Notes: generated by a model not told the origin, from the letters alone. Counted from the stretch's first letter, positions 48,568 through 59,001 are shown. The stretch is 64,000 bases of DNA from an uncultured Acidobacteriota bacterium (GCA_963770895.1 CAVYRF010000002.1:5664001-5728000), one strand, 5' to 3'. Made by a program: numbers and translations.

Positions 48568-49080
48568 TTATGGGCGGGTGTCCTCGAGGTGCCATTCGGC
48601 GGCGAGGTCTTCGTCTTCTTCGAGGCGCAGACGGAGGAGGTCGAGGGTTGGCGGCAGGGCGTTGGCGAGCTGGGATTGGATCCAGGTGACCAGGGCTTCG
48701 CTGGAGGGATTGGTGCGGCTGGGGGCGAAGTCGGGGATGGCGGAGTTGAGGTGCTGGTGGTCTAGGCGATCCAGGACTTTTTGCGCGACCAGGGTGTCGA
48801 GCCAGCCCAGATCGACTAGAAAGGAGGTCTGCGGGTCGGGGGTGCCGCGCAGGGTGACGAAGAGGCGGTAGTTGTGGCCGTGGCCTGGGAGGTTGGCGCA
48901 CTTGCCGAAGTGCTTGCGGTTCTGCTCTTCGGTCCAATCCGGGCGCCGGTAGATGTGGCTGGCGCTGAAGCGATAGCGGCGCTCCAGGCGCACCTTGGCG
49001 GCGCCGCCCTGGGAAGCGGTGCCGATCTGGGACGAGGCGTCATCGGACTGCCGGGCCAGGGGGCGGGATGGATCGCTCAG
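48568..49080 (-). CDS. queD: 6-carboxytetrahydropterin synthase / PTPS family
   Basis: FSASH, FGKCAN..GHGHNY, LDHQHLN and PSSEAL. Start is CTG 49080 (after AAGGAGG) or GTG 48993. Confidence 0.85.
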   Translation of the reverse strand: MSDPSRPLARQSDDASSQIGTASQGGAAKVRLERRYRFSASHIYRRPDWTEEQNRKHFGKCANLPGHGHNYRLFVTLRGTPDPQTSFLVDLGWLDTLVAQKVLDRLDHQHLNSAIPDFAPSRTNPSSEALVTWIQSQLANALPPTLDLLRLRLEEDEDLAAEWHLEDTRP

Positions 49081-49937
49081 GATTCCTCCTTGGCCGGATC
49101 CGAGGCGCCGGGTGCTGCCTGGCCGCGCCAGAGCTGGGAGCCGCCGGTGACTTCGATCCAGGCGCCGGTGACGTAATCGCAGCGTAAGAGGAATTCGACG
49201 GCTTGGGCGATGTGGGCTGGGCTGCCGAGGCGCTTGAGCAGGGTGCGCTCGCGGATCTTTTCCAGCTCGGCCGGGGGGGTCTGGTCGACGGGGAGGACGG
49301 GTCCAGGGATGACGCCGTTGACGCGGTAGTGCGGAGCGAGGGCGCGGGCCAGGCCCTTGACCAGGGGGATGAGGGCTGCCTTGGAGACGGCATGGGCCAG
49401 GTAGCCGGTCCATAGCTCCAGGGCCGCCGAGTCGCCGATGGCGATCAGGACTCCTCCCCTATCGCCGCGGCGGCGGGCCAGCTCCTGGGCAAGGAGGAAA
49501 AAGGAGCGGACGTTGAGGGCCTGGGCACCGTCCCAGTCGGCGACGCTGGTGGCGAGCAGGGGGCGGTTGAGGAACGAGGCGGCGGAATGGACGATGACGT
49601 CCGGCAGCTCGCCGGCCGCGGCGCACAGGTCGAGCAGGCGCTTGGGACCGGCGGGGTCCGTCAGGTCGGCGCAGAAGGCGGCGCCGCCGGCTGGCAGGCT
49701 GGCCACCAGGTCGGTCGCTTCCCAGGCGCTGCGGTGGTAGTGGACCAGCACCTTGGCCCCGAGGCGCCCGAGGTGGCGGCTGATCTCGCCGCCGACGCGG
49801 TGGGCTCCCCCGGTGACCAGGACGGTGTGACGCCCCAAGGGGGGCTCGACCGGAGCCGAGGACGGCAGATCCTGGTCGGGAGGTCCCACGGCGGCTGTCT
49901 CTCCTTCCCTGCTGGGAGGTTGGCGCCCATCGGCCAC
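49077..49937 (-). CDS. SDR oxidoreductase, pteridine reductase/FolM-like
   Basis: VTGGAHRVG, VHYHRS, HSAASF, LARALAP..RVNGVIPG and YVTG. The usual YxxxK is HAVSK here. Confidence 0.85.
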   Translation of the reverse strand: MADGRQPPSREGETAAVGPPDQDLPSSAPVEPPLGRHTVLVTGGAHRVGGEISRHLGRLGAKVLVHYHRSAWEATDLVASLPAGGAAFCADLTDPAGPKRLLDLCAAAGELPDVIVHSAASFLNRPLLATSVADWDGAQALNVRSFFLLAQELARRRGDRGGVLIAIGDSAALELWTGYLAHAVSKAALIPLVKGLARALAPHYRVNGVIPGPVLPVDQTPPAELEKIRERTLLKRLGSPAHIAQAVEFLLRCDYVTGAWIEVTGGSQLWRGQAAPGASDPAKEES

Positions 49938-49959
49938 GCGGCGTCCATATAATGCAGCT

Positions 49960-52350
49960 GTGCGCGTCCGCATCAACCGCTACGTCATCACTGAGATCTT
50001 CGGGCCGATGGGCCTTGGGTTCCTAGTCTATACCTTCATCCTGCTGCTCCGATTCCTGTTCCAGTCGGCCGAGATGATCATCCGGCGGGGGCTGCCGGTC
50101 TCCGTGGTGGGCAAGCTCCTGCTGGTGACGCTGCCCAACATCGTGGTCTTGACGCTGCCGATGTCGCTGCTGTTCGGCATCCTGATCGCGGTCGGCCGCC
50201 TTTCGTCGGATAGCGAGCTGACGGCGATGCGCTCGTGCGGCATCAGCCTGGCGTCGCTCTACCGCCCGGTCCTGCTGGTGTCCGGCGTCTTCACCATCTT
50301 GAACGCTCTGCTGATGATCTACGTGCTGCCCTGGGGCAACCACGCGCTGCAGGAGCTGCGGCTGGAGATTCTGACCCAGACCATGTCGCAGCAGGTCGAG
50401 CCGCGGGTCTTCTACCAGGAGTGGGTCGGCAAGTCGATCTACGTGTTCGAGGCTCCCCCGCCGGGCCGGCGCTGGAAGGGCGTCTTCCTGGCCGAGACGG
50501 ACCCCAATACCACCAAGAGCCAGATCACGGTGGCGGATTGGGGCGAGATCAAGGTCGATCCGACCGGCGAGCATGTCGTGCTGTCGCTGACCAACGCGGT
50601 CCGGCACACGGTCGATCTCAACCGTCCTTCGAGCTACGAGATCAGCCGCCACAAGGAGCTGAGCGTCGTCCTGGAGGACCAGTTCACCAGCGAGCAGAAG
50701 GCGAAGATGGCGGCTTCGAAGGGGGTGCGCGAGCTGAGCATGGCAGAGCTGCGCCGCCTGAACCGCAACCGCAACGCTCCCTCCGAGGCGCGCAACCTGG
50801 CCCTGGTGGAGCTCCACAAGAAGTTCTCCATTCCGTTTGCCTGCATGGTGTTCGGCCTGTTCGCCCTGCCTCTGGGGATCAACAATCGCCGCGGCGGCAA
50901 GACCTCGGGGTTTGCCATCTCGATCGGCATCATCGTCGTCTACTACATCATGCTCAACAACGGCGAGGAGGGGGCGCGCTTCGGCAAGTTCCCGCCGTGG
51001 CTTGCGATGTGGATGCCCAACATCCTGCTGACCGTCATCGGTATCTTCATCCTCATCCGCCGCAACGCCGACAAGGGGCTGCTGATCGGCCGCCTGGACC
51101 GCTGGGTGCGCACCGACCTGTGGAGCCGCCTGGCGTGGCTCAAACGCAAGCGGTCCGAGCCGCGGCAGGAGCGGCCGCCGGGCGAGGAGCGCCGCCAGCG
51201 CGCCAGGGCTCCCGCCGCGGGGCCGCGGCTGCTGCTGCGGCTGCCCCGCCTGCGCATCACGTTTCCCAGCCTGCTGGACCGCTACGTGGCATCGGCGTTC
51301 GCGCGGGTCTTCGTGCTGGTCCTGCTGTCGGGCGTGACGATCTTTGTGATCTTCGACCTGACCGAGCGGCTGGACGACATCATCAAGAACAAGGTCGCCC
51401 TGTCGCTGGTCATGAAGTACTACAAGTACCTGTCCATTCAGATCGTGTACCAGATCTCGCCGATCGTGGTGCTGGTGACGACGCTCATGACGTTCGCCCT
51501 GCTCAGCCGCACCAGCGAGATCGTCGCCTGCAAGGCGCTCGGCATCAGCCTGTACCGTCTGTCGCTGCCGGCGCTGGTGGCGGCCCTCCTGATCACGGGC
51601 TTTTCGGGGTACCTGGAGTCCGGCAAGATCCTGGCCGCCGCCAACGAGAAGGTCGCCCAGACCAAGGACCGCATCCAGGGGCGCACCGAAACCCGCTCGT
51701 ACCGGCGCGCCGATCGCCAGTGGCTGTTCGGCCAGGGCCGCTACATCTACAACTACCTCAACTACGACTCCGGCACGACCAGCCTGCAGCGCTTGCAGGT
51801 GTTCGATTTCGATCCGGCGCACCACCTGATCCGCCGCCTGTTCACCGAGAAGGCCAGCTACGTCGGGGACGCCTGGGTGTTCACCAAGGGCTGGGCGCGC
51901 ACCTTCGGGGGCAACTTCCGCATCCGCTACGAACCCTTCGACCAGCCGCGCATCGTGCGCTATCCCGAGACGCCGGCGTACTTCAACTCCGAGATCAAGC
52001 CTCCCGACGAGATGGGCTACCACGAGCTGCAGGACTACATCGACGAGATGGCCGAGAGCGGGCAGCCCGAGCCCGAGCTGCTGGTCAGCCTCTACCAGAA
52101 GGTCGCCTATCCGGTGATCTCCCTGGTCATGGCGCTGGTGGCCCTGCCCTTCGCCTTCCGCCTGGGACGGCAGGGGGCGCTCTACGGAATCGGCCTGTCG
52201 GTGATCCTGGGCTTCGTCTTCATGGCGATCTACGCCTTCTTCACCAAGATCGGCGAAGCCGGCGCGCTCCCGGCCCTGATCGCCGTCTGGAGCCCTGGGA
52301 CCGTCTTCGGCATCCTGTCGGTCTACCTGTTCCTGGGCGTCCGCACCTGA
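49960..52350 (+). CDS. Fused LptF-LptG LPS export permease
   Basis: Two permease halves: GRLSSDSELTAMRSCGIS and LSRTSEIVACKALGIS; second half starts at LLDRYV. Confidence 0.9.
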   Translation: MRVRINRYVITEIFGPMGLGFLVYTFILLLRFLFQSAEMIIRRGLPVSVVGKLLLVTLPNIVVLTLPMSLLFGILIAVGRLSSDSELTAMRSCGISLASLYRPVLLVSGVFTILNALLMIYVLPWGNHALQELRLEILTQTMSQQVEPRVFYQEWVGKSIYVFEAPPPGRRWKGVFLAETDPNTTKSQITVADWGEIKVDPTGEHVVLSLTNAVRHTVDLNRPSSYEISRHKELSVVLEDQFTSEQKAKMAASKGVRELSMAELRRLNRNRNAPSEARNLALVELHKKFSIPFACMVFGLFALPLGINNRRGGKTSGFAISIGIIVVYYIMLNNGEEGARFGKFPPWLAMWMPNILLTVIGIFILIRRNADKGLLIGRLDRWVRTDLWSRLAWLKRKRSEPRQERPPGEERRQRARAPAAGPRLLLRLPRLRITFPSLLDRYVASAFARVFVLVLLSGVTIFVIFDLTERLDDIIKNKVALSLVMKYYKYLSIQIVYQISPIVVLVTTLMTFALLSRTSEIVACKALGISLYRLSLPALVAALLITGFSGYLESGKILAAANEKVAQTKDRIQGRTETRSYRRADRQWLFGQGRYIYNYLNYDSGTTSLQRLQVFDFDPAHHLIRRLFTEKASYVGDAWVFTKGWARTFGGNFRIRYEPFDQPRIVRYPETPAYFNSEIKPPDEMGYHELQDYIDEMAESGQPEPELLVSLYQKVAYPVISLVMALVALPFAFRLGRQGALYGIGLSVILGFVFMAIYAFFTKIGEAGALPALIAVWSPGTVFGILSVYLFLGVRT

Positions 52351-52537
52351 AGCCCGCGGCGGCCTGACGGCACTCCCCTCCCCCGCTACCCCCTGCGACT
52401 CTGCAGACTACGGAAACCAGGGGGGGCCTTTGGCAGGCCCGGAGCGAGGGACGGAGCTTGGCCGAGCTTTCAGGAAATAGACCGGGACTTGGGGAAAGGC
52501 TCCAAAGAAAGAAGCCCGGAGAGCCTTCAGGTTCAGT

Positions 52538-54553
52538 TCAGGTCTTGCTGGGCGTGAAGCGCATGCTGGGGGCGTTGCGGGCCTGCTGGAGGAAGGAGGA
52601 GACTTCCCGGACCAGGTTGAGGCCGGCCTGGTCGGCGCGGGCGGCGTCGCAGAAGACGAGATAGGCGGCCATGGCTTCGCGGTGCAGCTGGCGCGCCTCG
52701 AAGAAGTTGACCATCTGGTGGGCAAGCAGGCGCATCTCCGCGGTCTTGCCTTGCTGTGCAAGGATGACTGCCAGGTCGAGGCTGGCCAGTGCTGCGTCGT
52801 AGGCGTGGCCGCCTTCGACGAACGCTTCGCTCACTTCGCGGTAGGCTGCTTCGGCCTGGTCCAGGCGATTCATGCCGTGGGCGACCTGGCCTTCGACCCA
52901 GCGCAAGCGCAGCAGGCTCCAGCGGTCGCCCATTTTGAGGTAGAGCGGGCGGGTGTGGAACAGCAGCGCAAACGCCTCCCGCGGACAGCCGTCGGCGAGC
53001 AGGGTGACGATGATGTTGTGGCGCACGGCCAGGAACCAGCGCGCATCCGTCTGCGGATCGATCAGGTTGAGCGCGCGCTGCAGCAGGGCCAACCTGCCTT
53101 TGAGGTCTCCCTGGTGGCCCAGCACGATCGCCTTGAGGTTGAGCGCGCGGCCCAGCAGGCCCCGCTGCCCCAGCCTGCCGTAGATGGCGATGACGCGATC
53201 CAATAGCCGGGCGGACGTTTCGAGCTGCCGCAGCCCCAGGTAGAAGGACGCTTGCAGGTCGAGCACCCGCGCCTTGTCGAGCGGACCGATCGACGGATAC
53301 GCCACCAGCTGTGCCTCCGCCGCTTCGAACGCCTTGCCAGCGCCGTCCATGTCCGTCAGGACGCGCAACGCGTTGCCGAACTGGGCATGGGCGCGAGCGG
53401 CAAGGCCGGCCAGCAGCGCCAGGTCGCCAGCGGGACAGAGGGCGAAGGCATCGTGAGCGCAGTCGCCGTCGATGTCGTCGGCGGTGGTCATTGCAGGGAG
53501 TGCCGCCAACGCCGACGTCGGCAGCGGCTCCGGGCGGTCTTGCCGATCGCGCTGCACCGCTTGCCTTGCCGCGAGGATGCGCCCCGAGATCTCCACCGCC
53601 AGCTGTGCCAGGTGGGCGCTGCCGGTGCCGTCGCGGAAGACTTCGTCGCGGCTGGCGTTGAGCAGCTCTTCGCACAGGAACCGGTCGCTGAAGCGGGCGC
53701 TGTTGCGCACCAGGAGACCCTGCCGCGTCGGCGGATGCTGCATCAACTCTTCGAAGAGCTCGCGCCCACGCCGGCGCGAAGCTTCGATGACCGCTTCGGC
53801 GGGAGTGACGCGAGAGAAGACGCGATCGAGCACCTGATCGTAGGAGGTGTTGTGCGAGGTCGCGGCAGGCTGCGGCGATGGAATCGATGGAGCGTTTGCC
53901 GCACCAGCGGCCGCCAGGCCTGGCCGTCGCCGGATTGGCTCATCCTGCCTGACCAGCGCGGCTCTGGCGCGCGTGGGACCGGTGGCGCCGGTGGCGCCGG
54001 CCGTGCCGTTGACGGCCCGGTCGAGACGCGAGAAGCCACCGCGGCGAACCGACGCAGCTGCGACGCTGCCCAACTCGGCAAAGGCGCGCGGCAGGGCAAG
54101 CGGCCCCGGCGCGCTCAGCGAGCCGGCCGCGGTCAGCGCGGCCATCGCAGTGGTGGCAGCCGTGGCGGTGATCGCGATGTTTGCGACGTTTGCGGGGATC
54201 GCGCTCAACTCAGCCGGCGCTTCGACCGTGCCATCGGCGCCCTGAACTGCAAGGCCGCCTGACAGTTCGAGCACCGCGGCGATTGCCGGCGGGTCGAGGT
54301 TCCACACTTCGCGGGCCTGCGCCTGGCATGGGAGGCACCCTGCCAACAGGTGGCGCAGCACCTGCTGCACTTCCCCCGCGGGGAGGGTCCCCAGCATGAA
54401 ACCGCGCAACGCCTGCACCTGGACGTGCACCGCCAGGTCGACGGCTGGCGCATCTTCGCGGTCAGGCGATGTCGGAGGGGGCGGGGGCGAGGCCAGGAGC
54501 GAGGCCGGCGGCAGGGCCGGGGGCGGTGACGCCAGCTTGGAATCGTCGATCAT
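52538..54553 (-). CDS. Cytoplasmic protein with N-terminal ZAS-like zinc finger and C-terminal TPR-like array
   Basis: H-X24-H-X4-C-X2-C (VHVQ...RHLLAGCLPC); helical repeats GNALRV, ARVLDLQA, GRALNLKA, RHN, LRLRWVEG and DAALASLDLA. No obvious TM. ATGA overlap with the upstream sigma. Confidence 0.8.
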   Translation of the reverse strand: MIDDSKLASPPPALPPASLLASPPPPPTSPDREDAPAVDLAVHVQVQALRGFMLGTLPAGEVQQVLRHLLAGCLPCQAQAREVWNLDPPAIAAVLELSGGLAVQGADGTVEAPAELSAIPANVANIAITATAATTAMAALTAAGSLSAPGPLALPRAFAELGSVAAASVRRGGFSRLDRAVNGTAGATGATGPTRARAALVRQDEPIRRRPGLAAAGAANAPSIPSPQPAATSHNTSYDQVLDRVFSRVTPAEAVIEASRRRGRELFEELMQHPPTRQGLLVRNSARFSDRFLCEELLNASRDEVFRDGTGSAHLAQLAVEISGRILAARQAVQRDRQDRPEPLPTSALAALPAMTTADDIDGDCAHDAFALCPAGDLALLAGLAARAHAQFGNALRVLTDMDGAGKAFEAAEAQLVAYPSIGPLDKARVLDLQASFYLGLRQLETSARLLDRVIAIYGRLGQRGLLGRALNLKAIVLGHQGDLKGRLALLQRALNLIDPQTDARWFLAVRHNIIVTLLADGCPREAFALLFHTRPLYLKMGDRWSLLRLRWVEGQVAHGMNRLDQAEAAYREVSEAFVEGGHAYDAALASLDLAVILAQQGKTAEMRLLAHQMVNFFEARQLHREAMAAYLVFCDAARADQAGLNLVREVSSFLQQARNAPSMRFTPSKT

Positions 54554-55080
54554 GAGGTCTTCTTGCCGGCCATTCCGGTGGCGGTGAGTTGGCGGGTCAG
54601 GGCAGCGAGGCAGCGATTGGTGGTCTTGCTGATGCTGGTGGGGCTGTACCCCAGACGCTTTGCCAGTTCCGGCGGCTCATAGCCCTGGCTGTAGCGCAGC
54701 AGCAACAGGGCGCGGCAGCGGGTCGGCAAACGTTCGATCGCCATGATCAGATCGCGCCGCAGATCGGCGTCTTCCTGCTCGGGAGCCATCGGCTCGGCCA
54801 TGAATTCAAGCACTGCAGCATCGACGGCATCATATAATTTACGGCGATGCTCGCGCCAGTACAGCAGGCACTTATTTCTAAGTGTGCCGATCAGCCATGC
54901 CTCGTGGTCACGGATCGCGTGCCGCTGGTAGACCAGCGCGAGCAAGGCCTGCTGCAGGATGTCTTCGGTGTCCTGCGGGGGAATGCGGTAATGCGCGAAC
55001 AGCGCCTTCATCCGCGGGCGGACGGATTTCAGAAACTGATCGAAGCTGGTTTCGGCTTCAGAGATATCGGCTGCGCTCAT
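54550..55080 (-). CDS. ECF-type sigma-70 factor (paralogue 1)
   Basis: Region 2 DTEDILQQ..EAWLIGTLRNKC; region 4 LPTRCRALLLLRY..ELAKRLG..SIS. Confidence 0.88.
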   Translation of the reverse strand: MSAADISEAETSFDQFLKSVRPRMKALFAHYRIPPQDTEDILQQALLALVYQRHAIRDHEAWLIGTLRNKCLLYWREHRRKLYDAVDAAVLEFMAEPMAPEQEDADLRRDLIMAIERLPTRCRALLLLRYSQGYEPPELAKRLGYSPTSISKTTNRCLAALTRQLTATGMAGKKTS

Positions 55081-55267
55081 AAACAAACACGTCTAAATTG
55101 TGCCCACCATAGCATCTGTGGGGAGCCGTGTCCAGAAGACACAGCTCTCCCCATCTCGACGCGATGCGAACGCCGCAGAGTCTCTTCAAGAGCTACGGGA
55201 CGGCGAGGAGCACCGGGTCGGCGGTCAGCCCACCTCCGCCCTCCCCTCACCGGAGAAGGAGGGGGAA

Positions 55268-55471
55268 CTAGCCGCCGCCGTTGGGGTCCATGCTGATCCC
55301 GAAATCGGAGAACATGTTGGCCAGGCCGTTGATCACGCTGGCCAGCTGCTGCATCAGGCGGGAGCCGGCACTGGCCGCGGTCGGCCGATGGGTGCCGCAG
55401 AACGCGGAAGCAGGGGCGAGGGCGGCGACCAGGGTGACGATGGCAACGGTACGGCGCAAGGAAGTCTTCAT
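55268..55471 (-). CDS. 67-aa secreted peptide ending MDPNGGG
   Basis: AGAGGAG RBS; signal peptide MKTSLRRTVAIVTLVAALAPASA; C-terminus SDFGISMDPNGGG. Confidence 0.8.
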   Translation of the reverse strand: MKTSLRRTVAIVTLVAALAPASAFCGTHRPTAASAGSRLMQQLASVINGLANMFSDFGISMDPNGGG

Positions 55472-55520
55472 GACTTGATACTCCTCTGGGGTTTCCCGAC
55501 GCTTCAGGCGCCGGTAAATA

Positions 55521-55545
55521 GCAATCTAGCTCTAAGCTACGTTGC
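55521..55545. promoter_or_regulatory. Imperfect palindrome upstream of the peptide gene (candidate operator)
   Basis: GCAA-TC-TAGCT-CTA-AGCTA-CG-TTGC. Confidence 0.35.
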
Positions 55546-56085
55546 CGCTGGACCATCCGGAGAGACAGACATGTGGTCACAGCCTGGTGGCCAAGCGTCG
55601 CCAGCCCTGGCCCGACGCGCCGTCCACCGCCACAAGCTACCCTCCTTGCAAGCCGAAGACCTGATCCTGCAATGGTTTGCAAGAGGCAAGGCGCTCCAGA
55701 AGGGTTTGCGGGCGGCGAGGCGCGCTCTGGGGGAGGCTTGGCGGGCGCTACCGGGCTCGCGAACCGAGAACGCCGACGGCGCCAATCGGCATGCTGGTCC
55801 CGTTCGGCCTGCGGTTCAACGGGCTGGCGGCCAAGGTGAACCACCTGGCGCTGCTTGTGGTCGTAGCCATGGACTTCCGCATCGAGTTTCGCGACGTGCC
55901 GGTGACGTGACCACCCTGACAGGGCGCCCCTGGCGCACCGCTCACAGGCACAGTGATCGCCGGCGGGCGCGGCAGCGTGCCAGCGAACGATCGGCTGATC
56001 TACGGATTTTGGTCAGGCGGAAAGCGCAGACTCGCCCCTACAGGCCCATTGAGGGTCTGGATCGTAGGGGCGAGGCACCGCGGGT

Positions 56086-56649
56086 CTAGTCGTCCTTGAG
56101 AGCGGCTTCCGGCTGCGAATGGAAGCGTGCCCCAAGGAGGCGCTCTGAGAGCGCGGCGAGACAACGATGGGTCACCTTGCGAATGCTCGACTGGCGATAG
56201 CCCGTCCGTTCGGCGGCCTCGGCGGTGCTGCAGCCCAGCCCATAACGCAGGCGCAGGACCGAACGACAACGGTCCGGGAGCTGGGACAGCAGGGTGTCGA
56301 GATCGGCGCGAAGATCGGAACGATCCTGGGCGGGCGTTTCTGCCTCGGCCAGGAGCTCCAGGATGGTGCTGTCCACCAGGTCCCAGAGACGGCTGCGATG
56401 CTTTCGCCAGTAGATGATGCAGCGGTTGGCCAGCGTTGCCAGCAGCCACGCTTCGGGATTACGGATGCTGCCTGACTTCGAGACCATGATCAGGAAGGTC
56501 TCTTGCAGGAGGTCGTCCGCGTCCTGAAGCGGGATGCGATGGCGCCACAATACCCTCTTCAGCTTCGGCTCTACGTTGTGGAGGATCTGCTCCAGAGAGG
56601 GCTCCTCCACAGGTGGCACTTGGTAGCTCATGCTAGTAGTGAAAACCAT
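56086..56649 (-). CDS. ECF-type sigma-70 factor (paralogue 2)
   Basis: DADDLLQE..EAWLLATLANRC..YWRK; LPDRCRSVLRLRY..SSIRKVTHRCL. Start is 56649 or 56631. Confidence 0.88.
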   Translation of the reverse strand: MVFTTSMSYQVPPVEEPSLEQILHNVEPKLKRVLWRHRIPLQDADDLLQETFLIMVSKSGSIRNPEAWLLATLANRCIIYWRKHRSRLWDLVDSTILELLAEAETPAQDRSDLRADLDTLLSQLPDRCRSVLRLRYGLGCSTAEAAERTGYRQSSIRKVTHRCLAALSERLLGARFHSQPEAALKDD

Positions 56650-56817
56650 CTATACATGAAAATGTACCAAGGTTTTCCCTCCAATGTCTAGGGGGACGCT
56701 CCGACAGGATCGTAACACTTTGTTGGCAGCTCTGGGCGACCCGACGCCGGGGCGCGAGGGATGCGCAGGATGCCGCATCGGGAATCGTCGCTGAGGCAGC
56801 TTTTGCGGCGATCGGAG

Positions 56818-57342
56818 TCATGGCTTCCGCTCGTAGCCGACGGCCAGCAGCTGGCGGGTCAAGGCTGCCAGGCACCGGTTGGTCACCTTGCGGATGCTGG
56901 ACGACCGGTAGCCCATCCGCTCCGCCACTTCGTTGGGTCCGTACCCCAGGCCGTACCGCAGGCACAGCAGCGAGCGGCAGCGGGTCGACAGCCGCGACAG
57001 CACGCGATTGAGGTCGAGCGTCAGGTCGTCTTTCTCCTGACGCGGCGCCTCGGGGGTCGAGATCAGATCCAGGATGGCGGCATCCACCGCCTCGCAAAGG
57101 CTGCCCCGCCGTTTGCGCCAGTACATGATGCACTTCTTCTTGACAGTGCCGACCAGCCAGTTCTCGGGGCTGTGGATCTTTTCCCATTTGTAGAGCAGCG
57201 TCAGCTGGGCATCCTGCAAGATGTCTTCGGCGTCTTCGGGCGGAATCTCAAACCCCCGCAGCACCCGCTCCAAACGCGGACGAGTGCTCTTGAGGAGGTT
57301 ATTGAGCGATTCCCGCAGCTCTGGATGGTCCAGGGTCGTCAT
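56818..57342 (-). CDS. ECF-type sigma-70 factor (paralogue 3)
   Basis: DAEDILQD..ENWLVGTVKKKC..YWRK; LSTRCRSLLCLRY..SSIRKVTNRCL. Confidence 0.88.
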   Translation of the reverse strand: MTTLDHPELRESLNNLLKSTRPRLERVLRGFEIPPEDAEDILQDAQLTLLYKWEKIHSPENWLVGTVKKKCIMYWRKRRGSLCEAVDAAILDLISTPEAPRQEKDDLTLDLNRVLSRLSTRCRSLLCLRYGLGYGPNEVAERMGYRSSSIRKVTNRCLAALTRQLLAVGYERKP

Positions 57343-57717
57343 GTCACCCTAAATCTGAGTCTTCGTGCATTGGTAGGCTAACACCTGCATCGCACCCTTG
57401 TCTACCTTTTTGAGGCCTCACGGCCACCAAGTAGCCGCTTTTTTGGGTCACGTCGGGCCACTGGCCGTCGCACCTGGGCTCCGAAACTGGATGCCCTTAG
57501 GGGTTAACCCGATCGACGGGTGTGACAACTGCTCCTTGGGTGACCAGCGGCGGCGCCGTCCTGGCGACGGGCAGCCACCGCGTGGTCCGGGCGCGGCGGG
57601 GACCGCCAGCGGCTGCGTGGGCTCCCCCGGGGCGCTTCCACGACGGCCCCGAGGCGCGCACACCGCGGGGCCGTCTCTGCTGCGATGCCCGCCGCCCTGC
57701 GGCGGCGAGCCGCTGGA

Positions 57718-59001
<1,284 letters not shown>

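Noticed and set aside
55791-55910. 39-codon ORF (MLVPFGLRFNG...) and overlapping minus-strand ORF between sigma2 and the peptide
   Set aside because: No convincing RBS, signal peptide or motif; cannot be supported without homology data.
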